Below are positions 17,685 through 31,721 of a DNA stretch of 64,000 bases, one piece after another (position 1 is the stretch's first letter; each line of letters starts with the position of its first letter). The translations under genes and the position numbers were made by a program. The notes beneath the pieces were generated by a model. That model was given only the letters and a program-made list of their open reading frames with translations, ran no database searches and was not told where the DNA came from. Source of the DNA: the human T2T-CHM13v2.0 reference genome, Homo sapiens; the NCBI RefSeq assembly GCF_009914755.1, contig NC_060947.1; one strand, written 5' to 3'.

Positions 17685-18820
17685 GTTCATTCAATATTTA
17701 TTGGGCATCTACTAGGTTAAAGGCCCACTGTGCCTGCAGTCGTGAACAAAGTAGGCCCAGCCCCTGCTCTCCTAGTGACTGCCTTCCAGTGGAGGAGTGC
17801 TACGGTTTCAGTGTGTCCTACAAAATCTCATGTGTTAAAAATTTAATTGCCATTGTAAGAGTGTTAAGAGGTGGGGCATTAAGAGGGGATTGGACCATGA
17901 AGACTCCACCCTCATAAGTGGATTAATGCCATTATCTCAGGAATGGGCTCCTGATAAAAGGATTTCAGCCCCCATTTCCTCTCTTTCTCTCACACTCTCT
18001 TCCCCTTCCACCTTCTGCCCTCTGCCATGGGATGACCCTTGCCAGATGCTAGCACCATGCTCTTGGACTTCCCAATCCCCAGAACCATGAGCCACATAAA
18101 TTTCTTTGTAAAATAAATTACCTAGTCTGTGGCATTCTTTTATAGCAGCAGAAAATGAACTAAGACAAGAAGAGAGACAGTAAAAAAAAAAAAAAAACTA
18201 ATAAGTATATGCCACGGGGGCAACAAGTTCTGTGGAGAAAATTAAAGCAGGGCATGGGATACTAGGAGTGAGGTGGGGCAGGGCTGTGATTTTAAGTCAG
18301 GGGGGTAGGAAAAGGCTCTTCTGATGAGGTAGCATTAGAGTAGAGATCTGAGGAAGGTGCAAGAACAAGCCATGCAGATATATGAGGTAAAGGCATTCCA
18401 GGCAGAGGCAACAGCAAGTGCAAAGGTCCTGAGGCAGGGATGCAGCTGGTATATTAGAGACACATAAGAAAGCTAGTGTGGCTGGAGCAGAGCGGGTGAG
18501 GGAGACAGAAGTAGGAGTTGAAGCTAGGATGGTTGTGGGAAGCCAGACCCCAGAGGGCCTTGCTGGGCATTGCAAGGATTCTGAAAGCAGTGGGGTATCA
18601 CAGCAGGGCTCTGAGCAAAAGAGGGGCATGCCTGACTTCAGTTCAAGGAGCCCTCTCTCTGCTGTGTGGGAAACGAACTGTAGATATCAGGGAGAGCTGC
18701 AGGGAGGCCAGTCATAATCCAGGTGAGAGGTGAGGGTGGCTCAGACCAGGAGGCACAGGAGAAGGTGGAAGAAGCAGTCAGACTATGAATGCTTCCAGGG
18801 TAGAGTCAACAGGCAAGCGT
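17685..18820 (-). mobile_element. L2 fragment split by MST LTR
   Basis: cattcaatatttattg; cattccaggcagaggcaacagcaagtgcaaaggtcctgaggc. Confidence 0.8.
17798..18167 (+). mobile_element. MST-family MaLR solo LTR
   Basis: TG..CA ends (tgctacggttt ... actaagaca); TSD aggag/agaag. Confidence 0.85.
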
Positions 18821-19169
18821 GATTGTTCCAGGAATGGGAAGGGGAGTAGGTTTACCCACTTTTGCCCTTTCCCCTGCTGCTCCTCAAATGGGGATGATGT
18901 GCCCTAAAGTCATTTTCTGGATGCCTGGCCCAGTAGGGATTTACTGGCCCTGGAAGTCCACCCTGTCAGAAATTATCTATGTGAGCCTCACTGAAGAGGG
19001 GAAAGTGTCTGTTCTCACCAAAGGGAGGTCAGCAGTTAGTGAAGATGGAAGAGATTCTCCCTGTAGCCTGCTCCCTATTTACTCACTGAAAAGTTCCAGT
19101 GGAGCCCAGAGCTGTTTCTGAAGCCAACAGGCAGAGGTCTCCTTAAACCTAAGTCAGACATATTCCCTC

Positions 19170-19640
19170 TCTGTTCAGAGCCCTCCTGTGATGCCTTGGG
19201 TTGAGATGGGGTCTATACCCCCCTCTTCTTGAACCTGGGCTGACCTTAGTGACTCTCTGCTAACCCATAGAATGTAGCAGAAGTGACACTGCAGGACATC
19301 TGAGGACAGGCCATGTGGCTTCCAACTGGCTCTCAGAACACTCACCCCAAACAATGCCAGCTGCCATGCAGTAAGTCCAGCCACCCTGAGACCACCATGC
19401 TGGAGGGTCCACCTGTAAGTTCACTTGTCAACAGTCTCAGCTGAACTCCAACTCCCCCATGCGTGCATGCACCATCTTGGACATCCAGCCCAGTTGAGCC
19501 TTCGGATAACTGCAGCCCCACCTGGCATCTGACTGCACCCCCAAGAACTGCTCAGCAGAGCCCTTCTCAAATTCCTGGTGCACAATACTGTCAGCAAAGT
19601 AAAGCCTTGAAATAAGTTGTCACACAGCAATAGTAATTGA
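19170..19640 (+). mobile_element. MLT1 (G/H-like) LTR
   Basis: cccttg..gggctgacctt..agaatgtagcagaagtgac; cacagcaatagtaattgaaaca end. Confidence 0.7.
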
Positions 19641-21544
19641 AACACCATTGATTTTGGAGCCCTGCTGCCGAGGAGCCGTAGGTAGGCTAGAACGGATGAC
19701 GCATGTTCCCTACTCACATGCAGAGAGGCAGCTGTCACAAGAACAGCATTGTGCCACTGTGGGGTTCTTTTCTTCTCCAGGATAACCCCCATTGGCCACT
19801 CAGGGTGATGGGGCCTTTGGTGTCCTGGGCCCTAAGGAACAATAAACATTGCTGAGTTTTTTATCTTTTTCTTTCAGTCAGCTTCTCTATGTGGGTGGCA
19901 GCATGGGAGGGGTGGGTCCCAAACCTCACAGTGTCACCCCCATGGGCTGAGCAGTGTCTGATGCAAAACAAAAAGTGGGGGCCACGAAGTCCAACGAGAG
20001 AGAGATTTATGCTTCTTACTCCCCATCTGCAAAGCAAAACAAAAATAGCTGAAACGCTGGTTTTCTGCTTTATCGGCTCTGTGAATAAGCATATAAATTT
20101 CTATGACATTTTTGGAGGCTTGCTGAAGGGGAAAAAAGCCATCCCCCAGGACGCAGCCAGCAGCGGCGGCAGCATATGGTTTGCTGAGAGCGGAGGCAGA
20201 GTGCTTGTATGTCTGTGAGCACTGAAAAAGGTGACTTTGTGGGTAATTTCAGACTCAAGGCAGTTTTCACCTTTTTAAAAAAAAGTTCCCCTTTTTTATT
20301 AAAAAGATAGTCTTGCCAAAGCCAAGGTAAGTGCCTCAGCCAGTCAGTCCTCAGCAGGAAAGGACTGTGCTATACACCCTGGGGAAGAGCAAAGGAGGCC
20401 GTTCTGATCCCGGCTGCCTTGCGATACCACACTTGGCCTCTGGAACAGGGGAGAACACCTCAGTAACAAGCTCACACAAGAGAAAGGGGAAAGCAGTCAT
20501 CAAGACATGTTGAGAGACCCAAGTAACTGAAGAGCAGAATAGAAGTTTGAAGTTCTCAAAAAGAGACATGTGTGCGGTTTCATGGAGGTAGGAAAGACCA
20601 GCAAACTATTCAGCTCATTCCATACTTAAAATTCTACAATTAGAGTCATTCTCATCGCTCAAACCAAACAAGGGTTTTGTCCCCTTTTAGGTGGTAATTA
20701 TGCCTTTCCCTGAAGTGCCTTAATATATTGTTTTCCTATCAGTCATTTTCACTTTAGTATAAATGAATATATTTAAAAGTCAACTGTATGAGGGAAGAGG
20801 GAGAAAGAGCACATGAGGGCATTGGGCTGAGGGCTGAGGGGAAGGAGAAAAGATAAAGGATAAGGAGAGAGGTTCAAGGAGGGAATAGAGAAAAGAAAGG
20901 TGTCCCAAAGACAAACCTAGCTTTCTTCACATTTTCACTCAGGACCCCAACCTGTTGCCAGGAGCCAGGCTGCCAAGGAGATAAAATGATTGAAAAGACT
21001 CAAAAAAAGAAATAGTACTAACAGAATCACTCTGTCCCATGGGAGGAAAAAATAGGCTGTTCTCTGTCCCTCTTTCCAGCAAACCCAGTTGATTCCAGGA
21101 GAGCAGGTCCCATCCTGTCCCTGCCTGAGGACTCCACTGCATTTCTCTGACCTGGACACCTAAAGAACAAAGTGAATAAATTTGTAGAATAAAGTGAAAA
21201 CTTCTCACATTGGCATGCAAAGCCCATCACAGTGTGTATTTGACCTCCCTTTACAGCCTTATCTTCTACAGATGATCCAAGCACCCTGTCCCCCAGTTTT
21301 TTCTCGCCATTCCCTAGGTCCGTCCTGCATTCCCTCACCTCTTTCTTTGCTCACGCTATCTGCTCTTCCTGGATTGCCCTTCCCATTTTCACTGCCAGTC
21401 AAACTCCTACACATCTTTCAAAACCCAGAGACAGTGACATCCATTTCAAGAGATTTTTCCAGGATCTTCCCATAGACTTCCTGCCTCCTCTTTCCTTATT
21501 CCTTAGCACATTGTCTGAAGGTATATTGTCACACTTTGCCTTCA

Positions 21545-21895
21545 GTCACAGTTTTGGTTTCCCCCCAAAGCAGAGGCTGGGACAAGGATCTGGGTGCTAG
21601 TTGTATATTTGCAAGGTGATCTCAGGAACCCCAGCAGGGCAAGGGGGGGCAACTCCAACCCCGCTTAGCCAAGGGTATTCCTTGGACATTAGCTCCCTGC
21701 ACTTCCTTGTTGCTCCTGCATCAACCCAAGCAAGCTCCCCTAGTACCCCACAGAGCTTGTGGGCAATGGAACTAGAGATGTGGCCCTTGAAACGGGAAGC
21801 AGTTAATGTGCTAAAAACTGTCCACTCCAATTGCCCAGGAACTCTGGTGGCCTAGAGGGAAACAGGGCAGGGAATAAATAGTGCCCACTCCATGT
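21545..21895 (-). mobile_element. Old ERVL-type LTR (LTR16-like)
   Basis: ttccccccaaagcagaggctgggacaaggatctgggtgc. Confidence 0.55.
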
Positions 21896-22489
21896 ACTAG
21901 TGATAGAGTTATTTACATATGTGTTCCTCTCCCCCATGATACTCTAAGAGCCGTATGGCTAAGAATTCTACCTTCTTTCTCTTTGTATTTTCACTTAGTG
22001 CAGATTTGTAGATGGGAGACACCTGGTAAATAGTTAGCAAATTGAATGGAGTCATTGCCATTTGTTAGAAAGGCTTTTACCAAGCACCTTGTGCCCAGGG
22101 CTGGGCTGGGGATGGTACAGATTTAAACCCATGCCTGGCAGCATCTTCTGCCCCATAGATCGGCAGCAGGAGTCACAGAAGCTGGGTCAGACACTTTGAA
22201 CTTTCCATGTGAACAGACCAGAAAGTCTTATCAGACCCTGTGTTCACAGAGATGAGGGTTCTGTGTCTATAGCCAGAGAAGCCCTTGTCCTCCATCAGCT
22301 TACCTCCAATCAATCCAGGAAGGCAGCAAGGAAAAGGCAGAATTCCAGAAAGCTACTAGGGTGGTGAGAACCAGGCAGCTGGGGAACAGGTTGCTGCAGG
22401 GGTCATTTTTGCCATCCGGTCAGGGCCAGAAGCCTGCCTTCTGCACAAGAGTATCTCCAGATACTGTCACACTCTCCAACCTTGTTCCT

Positions 22490-23430
22490 TTCAGCCTCTG
22501 TCTGGCTCACTCCTCTCCAGCTACACTAGTGTCATAGGCTAAATGGTGGTTCCCCAAAAATATGTCCACATCTTAACCCTCTAGGACCTGTGAATGTAAG
22601 CTTATTTGGAAAAAGGTTCTTTGCAGATATATTTAAGTTAAAGATCTCAAGATGGGATCATCCTGGATTATCCAAGTGGGGCCCTAAATCTAGTGACAGA
22701 TGTCACTAAGAGACACACAGAGGAAAGAAACGTGGAGAGAGCAGAAGGCCCTGTGAAGACAGAGACAGAGATTGGAGTGATGCAGCCACAGCCGAGGAAC
22801 ACCTGGGGTCCCCCAGAAGCTGAAAGAGGCATGAAGAATCCTCCTCAAGAGCCTCCAGAGGGGATGTGACCCCACCAACACCTTGATTTCAGACTGCTGG
22901 CCTCCAGAACCATAACAGAATCCATGCCTGTTGTCAGCCACCCAGTTTGGGGAAATTTGTCAGTGTTCCCAAGAGACAAAGAACTGACCTCTTTATTGTT
23001 CTTCAAACAAGGCACACACACTCCTACCTGAAGGCTTTCACACCTGCCATTACCTCTGCCTGGAATATCCTTCTCCCAGACGCCAGTGGGGCTCAAACCT
23101 CAACTCCTTCAGGTCAGCTCAGATGTCACTTTTTTAGGAAGACCTCATTGAACTGCCCCCCATCTAAATACATCACCCCACATACTCTCTCTACATTATT
23201 CATTTTCTTTCTTGGCTTTATTTTTTCCATAGCATTTATCACTTCCTAACATACTATAAAATGGGCTTATTTATTTTGTTCATTGTCTGTAGTCTCTCCT
23301 CCACTAGAAATTAAGCACCATGAAGGCGAGTGGTTTTTAACTATTTTGTTCACCCTTGTTTCTGTAACACTTAGAACCATGCCCGGCTCATGTACTCATT
23401 TGATAAATATTTAGCAAATAAAGGAATGAT
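22490..23430 (+). mobile_element. L2a 3' region split by MLT1C
   Basis: ctctgcctggaatatccttc; ccactagaaattaagcaccatgaagg; continues across the LTR. Confidence 0.8.
22530..22982 (+). mobile_element. MLT1C-like LTR
   Basis: aatggtggttccccaaaaatatgtccac; aagttaaagatctcaagatgggatcatcctggatt. Confidence 0.85.
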
Positions 23431-23459
23431 CTGAATACAGTAAGAACATTAAGGAAAAG

Positions 23460-23660
23460 CACATTCCACAGTGCTTTACACATAGCTGAATGCTTTTACC
23501 AACGTTACCTCTTTTGAGCCTCACGATAGCTTTGGGAGATGACATTATTGCTTCATTTCCCAGAGGAGGAGATTCAGAGAGACTAAATAATTTGCCCGAG
23601 GTCACAAAGAGGTGGAAGTAAGATTCAAACTCAGTCCTGTCTTACTTCAAACTCCACATT
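23460..23660 (-). mobile_element. MIR
   Basis: aatttgcccgaggtcaca..gattcaaactcag. Confidence 0.65.
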
Positions 23661-23806
23661 TTTTTTCAATATGCATACATGTAAGACACCATTGCTAGGG
23701 GGTTGCCAGGAGCATGGGAATGAACATTGTGAGTCAAGCAGAACTCATTATGAATCATTTAATATGTGTTTAATGCTCAATATTGTAAGATTGGCATGTA
23801 TATATA

Positions 23807-23808
<2 letters not shown>

Positions 23809-23845
<37 letters not shown>

Positions 23846-23890
23846 GAGAGAGAGAGAGACAGAGAGGAAGAGAGAAAGAGAGAGAGAAAA
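23809..23890. repeat. (GT)n(GA)n microsatellite
   Basis: Directly visible. Confidence 0.95.
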
Positions 23891-24002
23891 ATTGAAATTG
23901 ACAGTGATAGTTGCCAAAATCATTATCCCCATGTTATAAGTATCTGTAATTCAGACACATTCACTCAACAAACATTCATTCAACAAACATTTGATCACTT
24001 AT

Positions 24003-24480
24003 TGTAGAACACACTGCCCTGTTCTTATCCCCTCCTGCCACTCCAAAGGTCACCTGCAGCTTGGTGGATAGTTCTGCCTGCCCCAATGGCTTCCTACCTC
24101 AGACATTCATCTCTCTGCCTTCAGGCTTCCTCTGGCAGCAGAAATGTGCTCAGCCCACACTGCAGGTGGGCTAGAAGTGACGGAGGCAACACCAAGGGAC
24201 CACTATCAACCAAGAGAGGAGGGGAGGGTAGTAGTTTGTAGATATGCACCCCACCTTCATGACCCTTCAGTGGAAGACAACTCTGGATAATGTTCCTCGA
24301 AGTCTTCCAGAAGGCTCCCAGCAGGAGGGACCCTCATTTGCCCACCTGCTCCTTAGCACACTGTTTATTGGCTTCCCTCCCTTCCTTGTCTCACTTCTGC
24401 ACACCCTTACTGGGCTTCTGGGAACTTTTCCCAAATAAACGATTTGCACCCACACCCTTAAGAGAATGCAAACTAGGACA
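24003..24480 (+). mobile_element. Old ERVL-type LTR (LTR16-like) inserted in an L2 tail
   Basis: TG..CA ends; cccaaataaac..aactaggaca; L2 sequence on both flanks. Confidence 0.7.
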
Positions 24481-26279
24481 CTTGCCATGTGCAATGCACT
24501 GTGCCGGGAGTTAGAGATTCAGAGCAGGGTAAGCCATGGCGAGGTTCCCGGAGTCCCACAGTGACGGTCCCCACAATCGAGGAATCTGGAAAATCTGCTC
24601 CCTCTGGGATGTGGTACTCCCTCTGGCAGTGCAGATCAGCTCTACAAACTCTGGGGATGTGCCAGAAGGGTGACATATCACTCCGTCGTTTTCTGAAAAC
24701 ACCTTCCAGGGCCGCTGACAAGCCAAGCAAGAGAGTCAAGCTCATCCTGCTGTTGTGATTCATCACGTCTCGTTTCTGATCGTGAAAAGAGTTCAACATT
24801 CCTTAATCCTAGGAATATCTCCTGAGCATTCTGCTGGGTGCTGGGCACAGCGGCATGAGCCAGACAGACCCAGACCCCACATTAAGGCCACTCTCAACCT
24901 GGCCACCAAGGTGTGGCCCAAAGGACCAAGGTCTGCTGTGCCACTGAAGCCTAAAAGCACATGGCATAGATTCCAAAAGGCACATCCATGAGATGTGTCC
25001 CCAAAACATTTTGAGTGACAGTAGCCACCCAGCCATAGGTAAATACCTCCCAAGATGTCTCCCTCAGAGAACCACACTTATGAGCAAAAAGCAGCTGTGG
25101 AATGCTGAGTTTTAATATGAGGTCTCATTAGGTTAAAATTATAGGTTTTTAAAAAATTATTGATGTTAAATCTAACAGATGGGACAAAAAGATGCAGAAT
25201 ACATCATCTTGGTTCCCCCAGAAGGCCCCAGAAAAAGTCAAGCCAATGAGCAAACTGTGGCAGACTCCTTCCCAGAATGACACCCTCTACAAGGCTGTAA
25301 GGTTGTTCTGGGCTGAATGTCCAGCAAACCAAACCTGCCTGAGGCCAGCCATTGATCCAGTGGCCTGACTGACCCTAGGTCATCCTCAGATGTTTGGCCG
25401 AGCCTATGAGGGACCCTGGCCCTCCAGCACCAGGAGCCAGGAATTCTCTGACCCCTTTGAGGTTTGGCAGGTGCCAACCTCGAGATCAGTGCCACAAGCG
25501 GTTGTTCTGGGTTTTCTCATTTAGGCTGCCCTGAACTAAAGGCAGTTACCACCAGGTGAGGCCTGATTTTCCCTTTCCTCCTTCCCCTGAGGAGGAAGCA
25601 AGGAGTTCCCGATCCTCCTGCAGCCACATCCTCCAAAGAGTCTGGGGGACTAAGGGACAACATGATCTTCCAGTGCCCTCTGGCTTGAGATGGTCCCCAG
25701 AACCAGGCCTGGAGGGGCAGGCTGGTAATCTTCCGGCTTGTTGCCAGCAGGCTGTTGGGCACCCTCCCCACATGATTTGGCCCATTTGGCTTGCTTCTTG
25801 CAGATTCCTGAGTTTCTCTCCTTTTGTTTAATTCATCAGGAGCCAGTGGCTGATGGAATACTCTAAGATCAAAGGAAGAGGGAAAGGGCTCCCTGGAAGG
25901 CGCATCAGGCCTCTCTGGGAGGGAAACATTTTCTAATCCAGGAAATAAAAATCCTGCATTTTAGGCAGTGATTAAAGATGGGATATTCTGTGTCTCCAAG
26001 GATTGGGGAGGAGGAGAGAAATAATTTATTTCTTTCAATGCCACCCAGCACTAAAGGGGCAAGCTGCACTCTGCAATTCAGCAGCAAGATTGGAGGAGTG
26101 TAGGGTAGACATGGCAGGACATCAAGGCCTTCAGAGGGTGACACCACAAGGCGACTGTGCTCTGTCCATGGAAACATTCTGTAGAAAACCTGGGTTGTGC
26201 AAGACATCAGCCCCATCTCATAGGTTTACTCCTTTTCCAGCCCCACTCCAGATTTTTCCAGGATGCCAAAAGCAAAAGC

Positions 26280-26620
26280 ACCCACCCACTCATCCATTGG
26301 ACAAATGCTCACTGAGCAACTACTCCATGCCAGGAACTGGAAATACAATGAGGAGGAAAACAGATGCAGCCTCCAACCTCAAGGAATTTATACTCTTGTG
26401 AGATAGCCACACCTTTAGCAAAGAATCCTAAATAAATGTATGAGCTATGATGGTGCCATGAGCATTTCTAACAAGAGGATGTGAGCTAGTCTAGGTGGGT
26501 GAGGAACTCTTCCCTGAGAAAATAATTATTGAGATGAGACCCAAGGTCTGTGTAAGAGTTGACTGGGTACAGAAGGTGTAAGGAGAATTCTGGGCACATC
26601 TCCTTGATGTAGGGGATGCA
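26280..26620 (-). mobile_element. L2 fragment
   Basis: actgagcaactactccatgccagg..ctcaagga. Confidence 0.6.
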
Positions 26621-26636
26621 GACAGTGATTATCAAC

Positions 26637-27050
26637 TGTGTGAGTCCATTTTGCATTGCTATAAAGGAATACCTGAGACTGGGCAATTCATAAAGAAAGA
26701 GGTTTATTTGGCTCACAGTTCTGCAGGCTGTACACAAAGCATAGTGCCGGCATCTTCTGGTGAGGGCCTCAGGAAACTTTCAAAATGGCAGAAGGCAAAG
26801 GGGAGCCAGTGTGTCATAGAGTGAGAGAAGAAGCAAGAGAGAGAAGGAGGAAGTGCCAGGCTCTTTCAAACAACCAGATCGCACATGAACTAACAGATCG
26901 AGAATTCACTTATTATCCCAAGGACAGGACCAAGCCATTCATGAAGGATCTACCCCCGTGACCCAAACACCTCCCACTAGGCCCACCTCCAACACTGGAG
27001 GCCACCTTTCAACATGAGATTTGGAGGGGAAACACATGCAAACCATATCA
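26637..27050 (-). mobile_element. MSTB-like solo LTR
   Basis: Typical MST sequence; perfect TSD TCAAC. Confidence 0.92.
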
Positions 27051-27059
27051 TCAACTCAA

Positions 27060-27730
27060 AAGGAGGGCCATCAAGAAAGGAGGAGAGCCATCCAGACACC
27101 ATGTTCTTCTTGATCATGTTCACAACACCCCCCTAATCCCAATGCACTTGAATCTATTGGAGTCTCTAGATCTAACTACCCAATTTACAGGAAATACAAG
27201 TGACAGAGGGAGGTTTATATCCTTAAGCAGACTGAAAAACTCTATAAGACAAACAGTCTGGTTTTCTTCCACAAATAAATTGCAAAAGGAGAGAGAAAAA
27301 GAGGGAAAACTTAGAGACTTAGAGATAACTGTTTGCTATGTTTGGCCATTATTTGGATTCCAATTCAAACAAACCATTAGCAAATTATGACATTTATGAA
27401 GCAACCAGAAGTCTGAACACTCACTGGATGTTTAATACTGTTAAAAATTTGTTAATTTTTTTAGACATGATGATGTTGTTTCAGTTCTCTTTTTAAAAAG
27501 TCCCTATCTCTTAGAGATAGATACCAAAATATTTACAGACAAAATGATGCAATACTGCAATTTGCTTCAAAATCATATGGCTGGAGGAGAAAGGAATGGA
27601 TAAGGGTATAGATGAAACAGATTGACCATGAGCTGGTCATTGTTACTGCTAGGTGCTGAGTACATAGAGATTCATTTTACTATTCTTTTCTTTTTATATA
27701 TGCTTGAAATTTCTATAGTTAAAAGTTGTT
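27060..27730 (+). mobile_element. Old L1M 3' end
   Basis: ctctagatctaactacccaatttacagg; atatttacagacaaaatgat..tttgcttcaaaat. Confidence 0.65.
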
Positions 27731-28160
27731 TTAAGGACATCTCTAGCAAAGCCTACAGCATATGCAAAAGCCCCTGGACACGAAGGAGTCTGCATATTCC
27801 AGGTCCCAAAGGTGTGACTAGGCCTAGGGGGTGAAGAAAGTGTGTAGGACTGGGGGATGAGGGGGCTAGATTGTGTAGGGCCCTGGAGCCTAAAACTTGC
27901 CCCCTTGGAGCTTATGGGGGGGCTCCTTTGACCCTCGGGGTGAATACAATCCAGGGAAGTCAATTCTCCTTTTGCAAACCAAAGAGGGAGGGTGGAAACG
28001 TATAAATGGGCACCTGGCATATGAATACCTCTTGAATCACTGATGCAAGGGTCTCTCTTGCAGGTAGCCCAGTCACTGTGGGTCATTTCTCAGCTGGGAG
28101 ACAAGACATAAGGCCAAGTAAACAGTCTTGAACTAAGAACACAAAAACACGGGTACACTA

Positions 28161-28604
28161 TGCTTTCATTTTCTGTGGCTGCCATAACAGGTTACCACAA
28201 ACTGGGTGGCTTAAAACAACAAAAATCGATTCTCTCATAGCTCTGAGGCTAGACATCCTAAATCAAGGGATCTGCAGGGGTAAGCTTCCTCCAAAGGCTC
28301 CAGGGAAAAATCTTTCCTTGCTTCTTCAGAGCTTCTGGTAGCCCCAGTGGTTTTTGGCTCCTAGATGCATCACTCCAATCTCTGCCTCTGTCTTCACATG
28401 GCCTCTTCCCTCTGTGTCTCCAAATTTCTCTCTCCTCATAAGGACACCAGTCATTGGATTTAGGGCCCAACTCATTCCAGTATGACCTCATCTTAACTTG
28501 ATTACATCTGCAAAAGCCCTATTTCCAAATGTAGTCACATTCACAGGCATTGAAGATTAGGACTTCAACCTAACTTTTGTAGGGACACAATTCAACCCAC
28601 CACA
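28161..28604 (-). mobile_element. MLT1C-like LTR
   Basis: ccacaaactgggtggcttaaaacaac; gacacaattcaacccaccaca; TSD cacta/cactg. Confidence 0.88.
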
Positions 28605-29748
28605 CACTGCTCATCAAGTGGACCCTGGAGCTGGACACAATGGATCGATCTGGATCCACCACTGACCCCTCAGAGTTTCCACCCTTCCCAGAGTCTAGGG
28701 GTCCTGAGAACCTGGAACATCAGGCTAAACAGGCCCTAAATCATGTCTAATTCGGTCTCAGCTTTTGGGGAAATCCCAACTTCCACTGAGAATCTAATGA
28801 AAGCGATGGGTTCTCCCACTAGAAAAAAATGTTCACTTGCAGCTACTTGTAAATATTCATGTAGAATTTGGGGGGGTTCAAAGACCTCTAAAGCCTTAGG
28901 CTCATGGATCGCAGACAATGAAGGTCTGGGTTTAGTCTTCCAGACCAACATTCCTACCATGATTCAGTACTCAGTGCCTAGGATTCAGGCACAATTGGCA
29001 TGCTATTTAAGGGGAGGGCAGTCATTTTTTTCTATAGAAGCAGCGTTCTCTCTCTCTCTCCACCACCTTCCTCACTCCCTCCCTTGTTGCCCCAGGCAAA
29101 TAGCCTGTCAGAGAAAAAAGGCATGCCACATCCCAGTCCACAGAGCCCAGATAACTGCAGGAGTCAAGTATCCTCAGGTTTTCCAAGTGAAGTGCTTACG
29201 TCATTCCTTCTGGCTTTCAGTGAGCACCCTCCCTCCACCCCCACATATATCTTAGCCCTCTTTTCTATGTGCCAGGCCAGGGGCTCCCAGCAAGTGATCA
29301 GTTGTCTCCAAAGAAATCTACTTTCAGAAAATCCAGTGTCTTCTCTCTTCAACCTTTTATGTCCTCCTCTGGATTTAAAGTCCTTTAACTGGTTCTTGGA
29401 TATTTCCTTTGAAAAAATCTGCATTTTGGTCTCATGTTGGAATTTATTAGCTATTATCTTTGGTGACCCAGGTGAAATGTGCAGTTTCAGGTCCTGGCCC
29501 AGAGGCTCAACTCTGGAGGCAGGTGACAGAGCACTGTCTGCTCCCCACTCCCATCCTCACACTGAGCTCGGCAAAGGGGAGGAGTTGTGCCTTCCTTCTC
29601 ACCCAGGACCCACTTCTGACCAGGCACCAGAGAAGCCTATTGGTGTCCTGCAATGGTGGAATGGAATCTTTCAGGAGACCAGCCAGCAACCTCTCCATAA
29701 GCCTCAGTCCAAGTTCAAAGGATTGGGCCTGGGGCCAACATCAAAAAC

Positions 29749-30170
29749 TGTAGCAGGTTGAATGGTGGTCCCAAAAGATATGTCCACCTGGAACCTGTGA
29801 ATGTAGTAACCTTATTTGGAAAAACGGTCTTTGTAGAGTTAATTAAGTTAAGGATCTCAAGATGAGATCATCCTGGATCAAGGTGAGCCCTAAATCCAAT
29901 GACAAGTGTCTTTATAAGAAAAGAAAAGGGGCGAAGGCACACAGAGAGGGTGATGTGAAGTTGGAGACAGAGACTGGAGTGATGTGGCAACAAGCCAAGG
30001 AATGCCAAGGATCCCTGGCAGCCACCAGAAGCCAGAAAAAAAGCATGGAAAAGAACCTCTTTCAGAGCCTCCAGGAGGAACCGACCCTGCCTACACCTGG
30101 ATTTCAGATTTCCAGCCTCCAGAACTGTGAGAGAATCAATTTCCATTGTTTTCAGCCACTCAGTTTGTGA
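29749..30170 (+). mobile_element. MLT1C-like LTR, 3' end missing
   Basis: tgtagcaggttgaatggtggtcccaaaagatatgtccac. Confidence 0.85.
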
Positions 30171-30950
30171 AAACGAATAAAAGACCAACCACAGCTGTCT
30201 CTCTCCCCTCTAGCTCCCATTTTCCTCTTTCCTTTCCTCCTGGAGGGCTCCTTTTCCCTGCCTGCCCCTGCCCCTGACTTTGGCTTTCCCAGGCAGATGA
30301 ATACAAGCACACAGCTCTTGCTGGTCAGCTGCCGCGCCAGCTCCACAGACTGCCCCAGCCCACCCAGTGCTGATGCGACTTGCACTCAGTGAACTTGGCC
30401 TTAGGCAGAGTCGGTTCTTTAGCTTCTCCAGGCCCCAGGCCCTCTCTCAGTTCTTTCTCCTCTCACACTCAGTTCCCTCTGACTACAACATCATATCCTG
30501 CCCATACACCCAAGGTTTGTGCAACTCTACCAAGTGACCAGACGTCCAGGGTTCAGTCAAGCAACCAGCAGACTCACTGGGGCCCTGCTGTGTGCCCAGC
30601 ACAGTGCCAGGCACTGGGACATAATAGTGAAGAAGAAAGATTGTTGTCTGCCCTAAGGCAGGTCTCAACTGACCGGCCTCCTCCTTCAGGACCCAGGAGG
30701 GCACAGACTGAGGTTGGCAACCTGATCTTCTTCCCCACCAACAGAAACCTATCAAGTCATCATCGCCACCTTCCCACCAGCTGGCCAGACACATAGAGGT
30801 GCCTCCTTGCCTCATACATATCTAGCCTCGACATTTCAACCCCTCAAAAAGAAAAGGTGATGGATTCTAGAGCCCCAAGAAAAGACCATCAGGATCCAGA
30901 AAATGCCCGTGATTCCACAAGTCTCTTATGAAAGACTGTCCCTCAAGTGC

Positions 30951-31347
30951 TGCTATGGATTGAGCTTTGTCCTCCCCAAATTCATAGGTTGAAGTTCTGA
31001 CCCCCAGTGCCTCAGAATGTCACCATCCTTGGAACTATATTTGAAGATGATCACATCAAGATGAAGTTGGCCTTAATCCAGTATGACTGGTGTCTTTTTA
31101 AGAAGGGAAAATTTGGGCACAGACACACACACACACAGAGGGAAGACAATGTAAAGACACAGGGAGAAGACAGCCACCCACAAGCTAAGGCAAGGTCTGG
31201 AACAGATCCTTCCCTCATGGCCCTCAAGAGGAACCAACCCAGCCAACAACTTGATTTTGGACTTCTGGTCTCCAGTACTGTAAGACAATACATTAAAGCC
31301 ACCCAGTCTGTAGTACTTTGTTATGACAGCTCTGGCAGACTAACACA
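30951..31347 (+). mobile_element. MLT1B-like LTR
   Basis: tgctatggattgag...actaacaca; TSD agtgc/ggtgc. Confidence 0.85.
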
Positions 31348-31721
31348 GGTGCAAATATTGAGTGTGACAGTTCCACGAGACAATAAGATTGGGGGCAGTG
31401 GGCCCAAGGCAACCATCAAAAGGCAAAGAGGTCAAGGCAGAAGACAGGAACCCTTGGTATGGGCTCCCCTGAGCATCAGGAGTTCTGTGACCCCTCTCAT
31501 CAGCTTTCCCACAAACAAGGCACAGTGTTAGATTCAGGCACACCTTGTCTCAAATCTGGAATGCTCCACTTTCCAGCTGTGGCACTTAGTCCAGATTCTG
31601 GGATGAGCTTTCTCATCTGAAATATGGGAGCACAAGCACCTTCACAGGGTTGATAGGATTGAGGATGAAATGTAGCTGGACCACAGGGGCCCCTCTCTGT
31701 GGGCTATGTTGGATTGGTTTC

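Noticed and set aside
29000-29761. Longest ORF (253 aa) as a gene
   Set aside because: No recognisable domain, Ser/Leu/Pro-rich composition typical of random frames, and it ends inside an MLT1 LTR.
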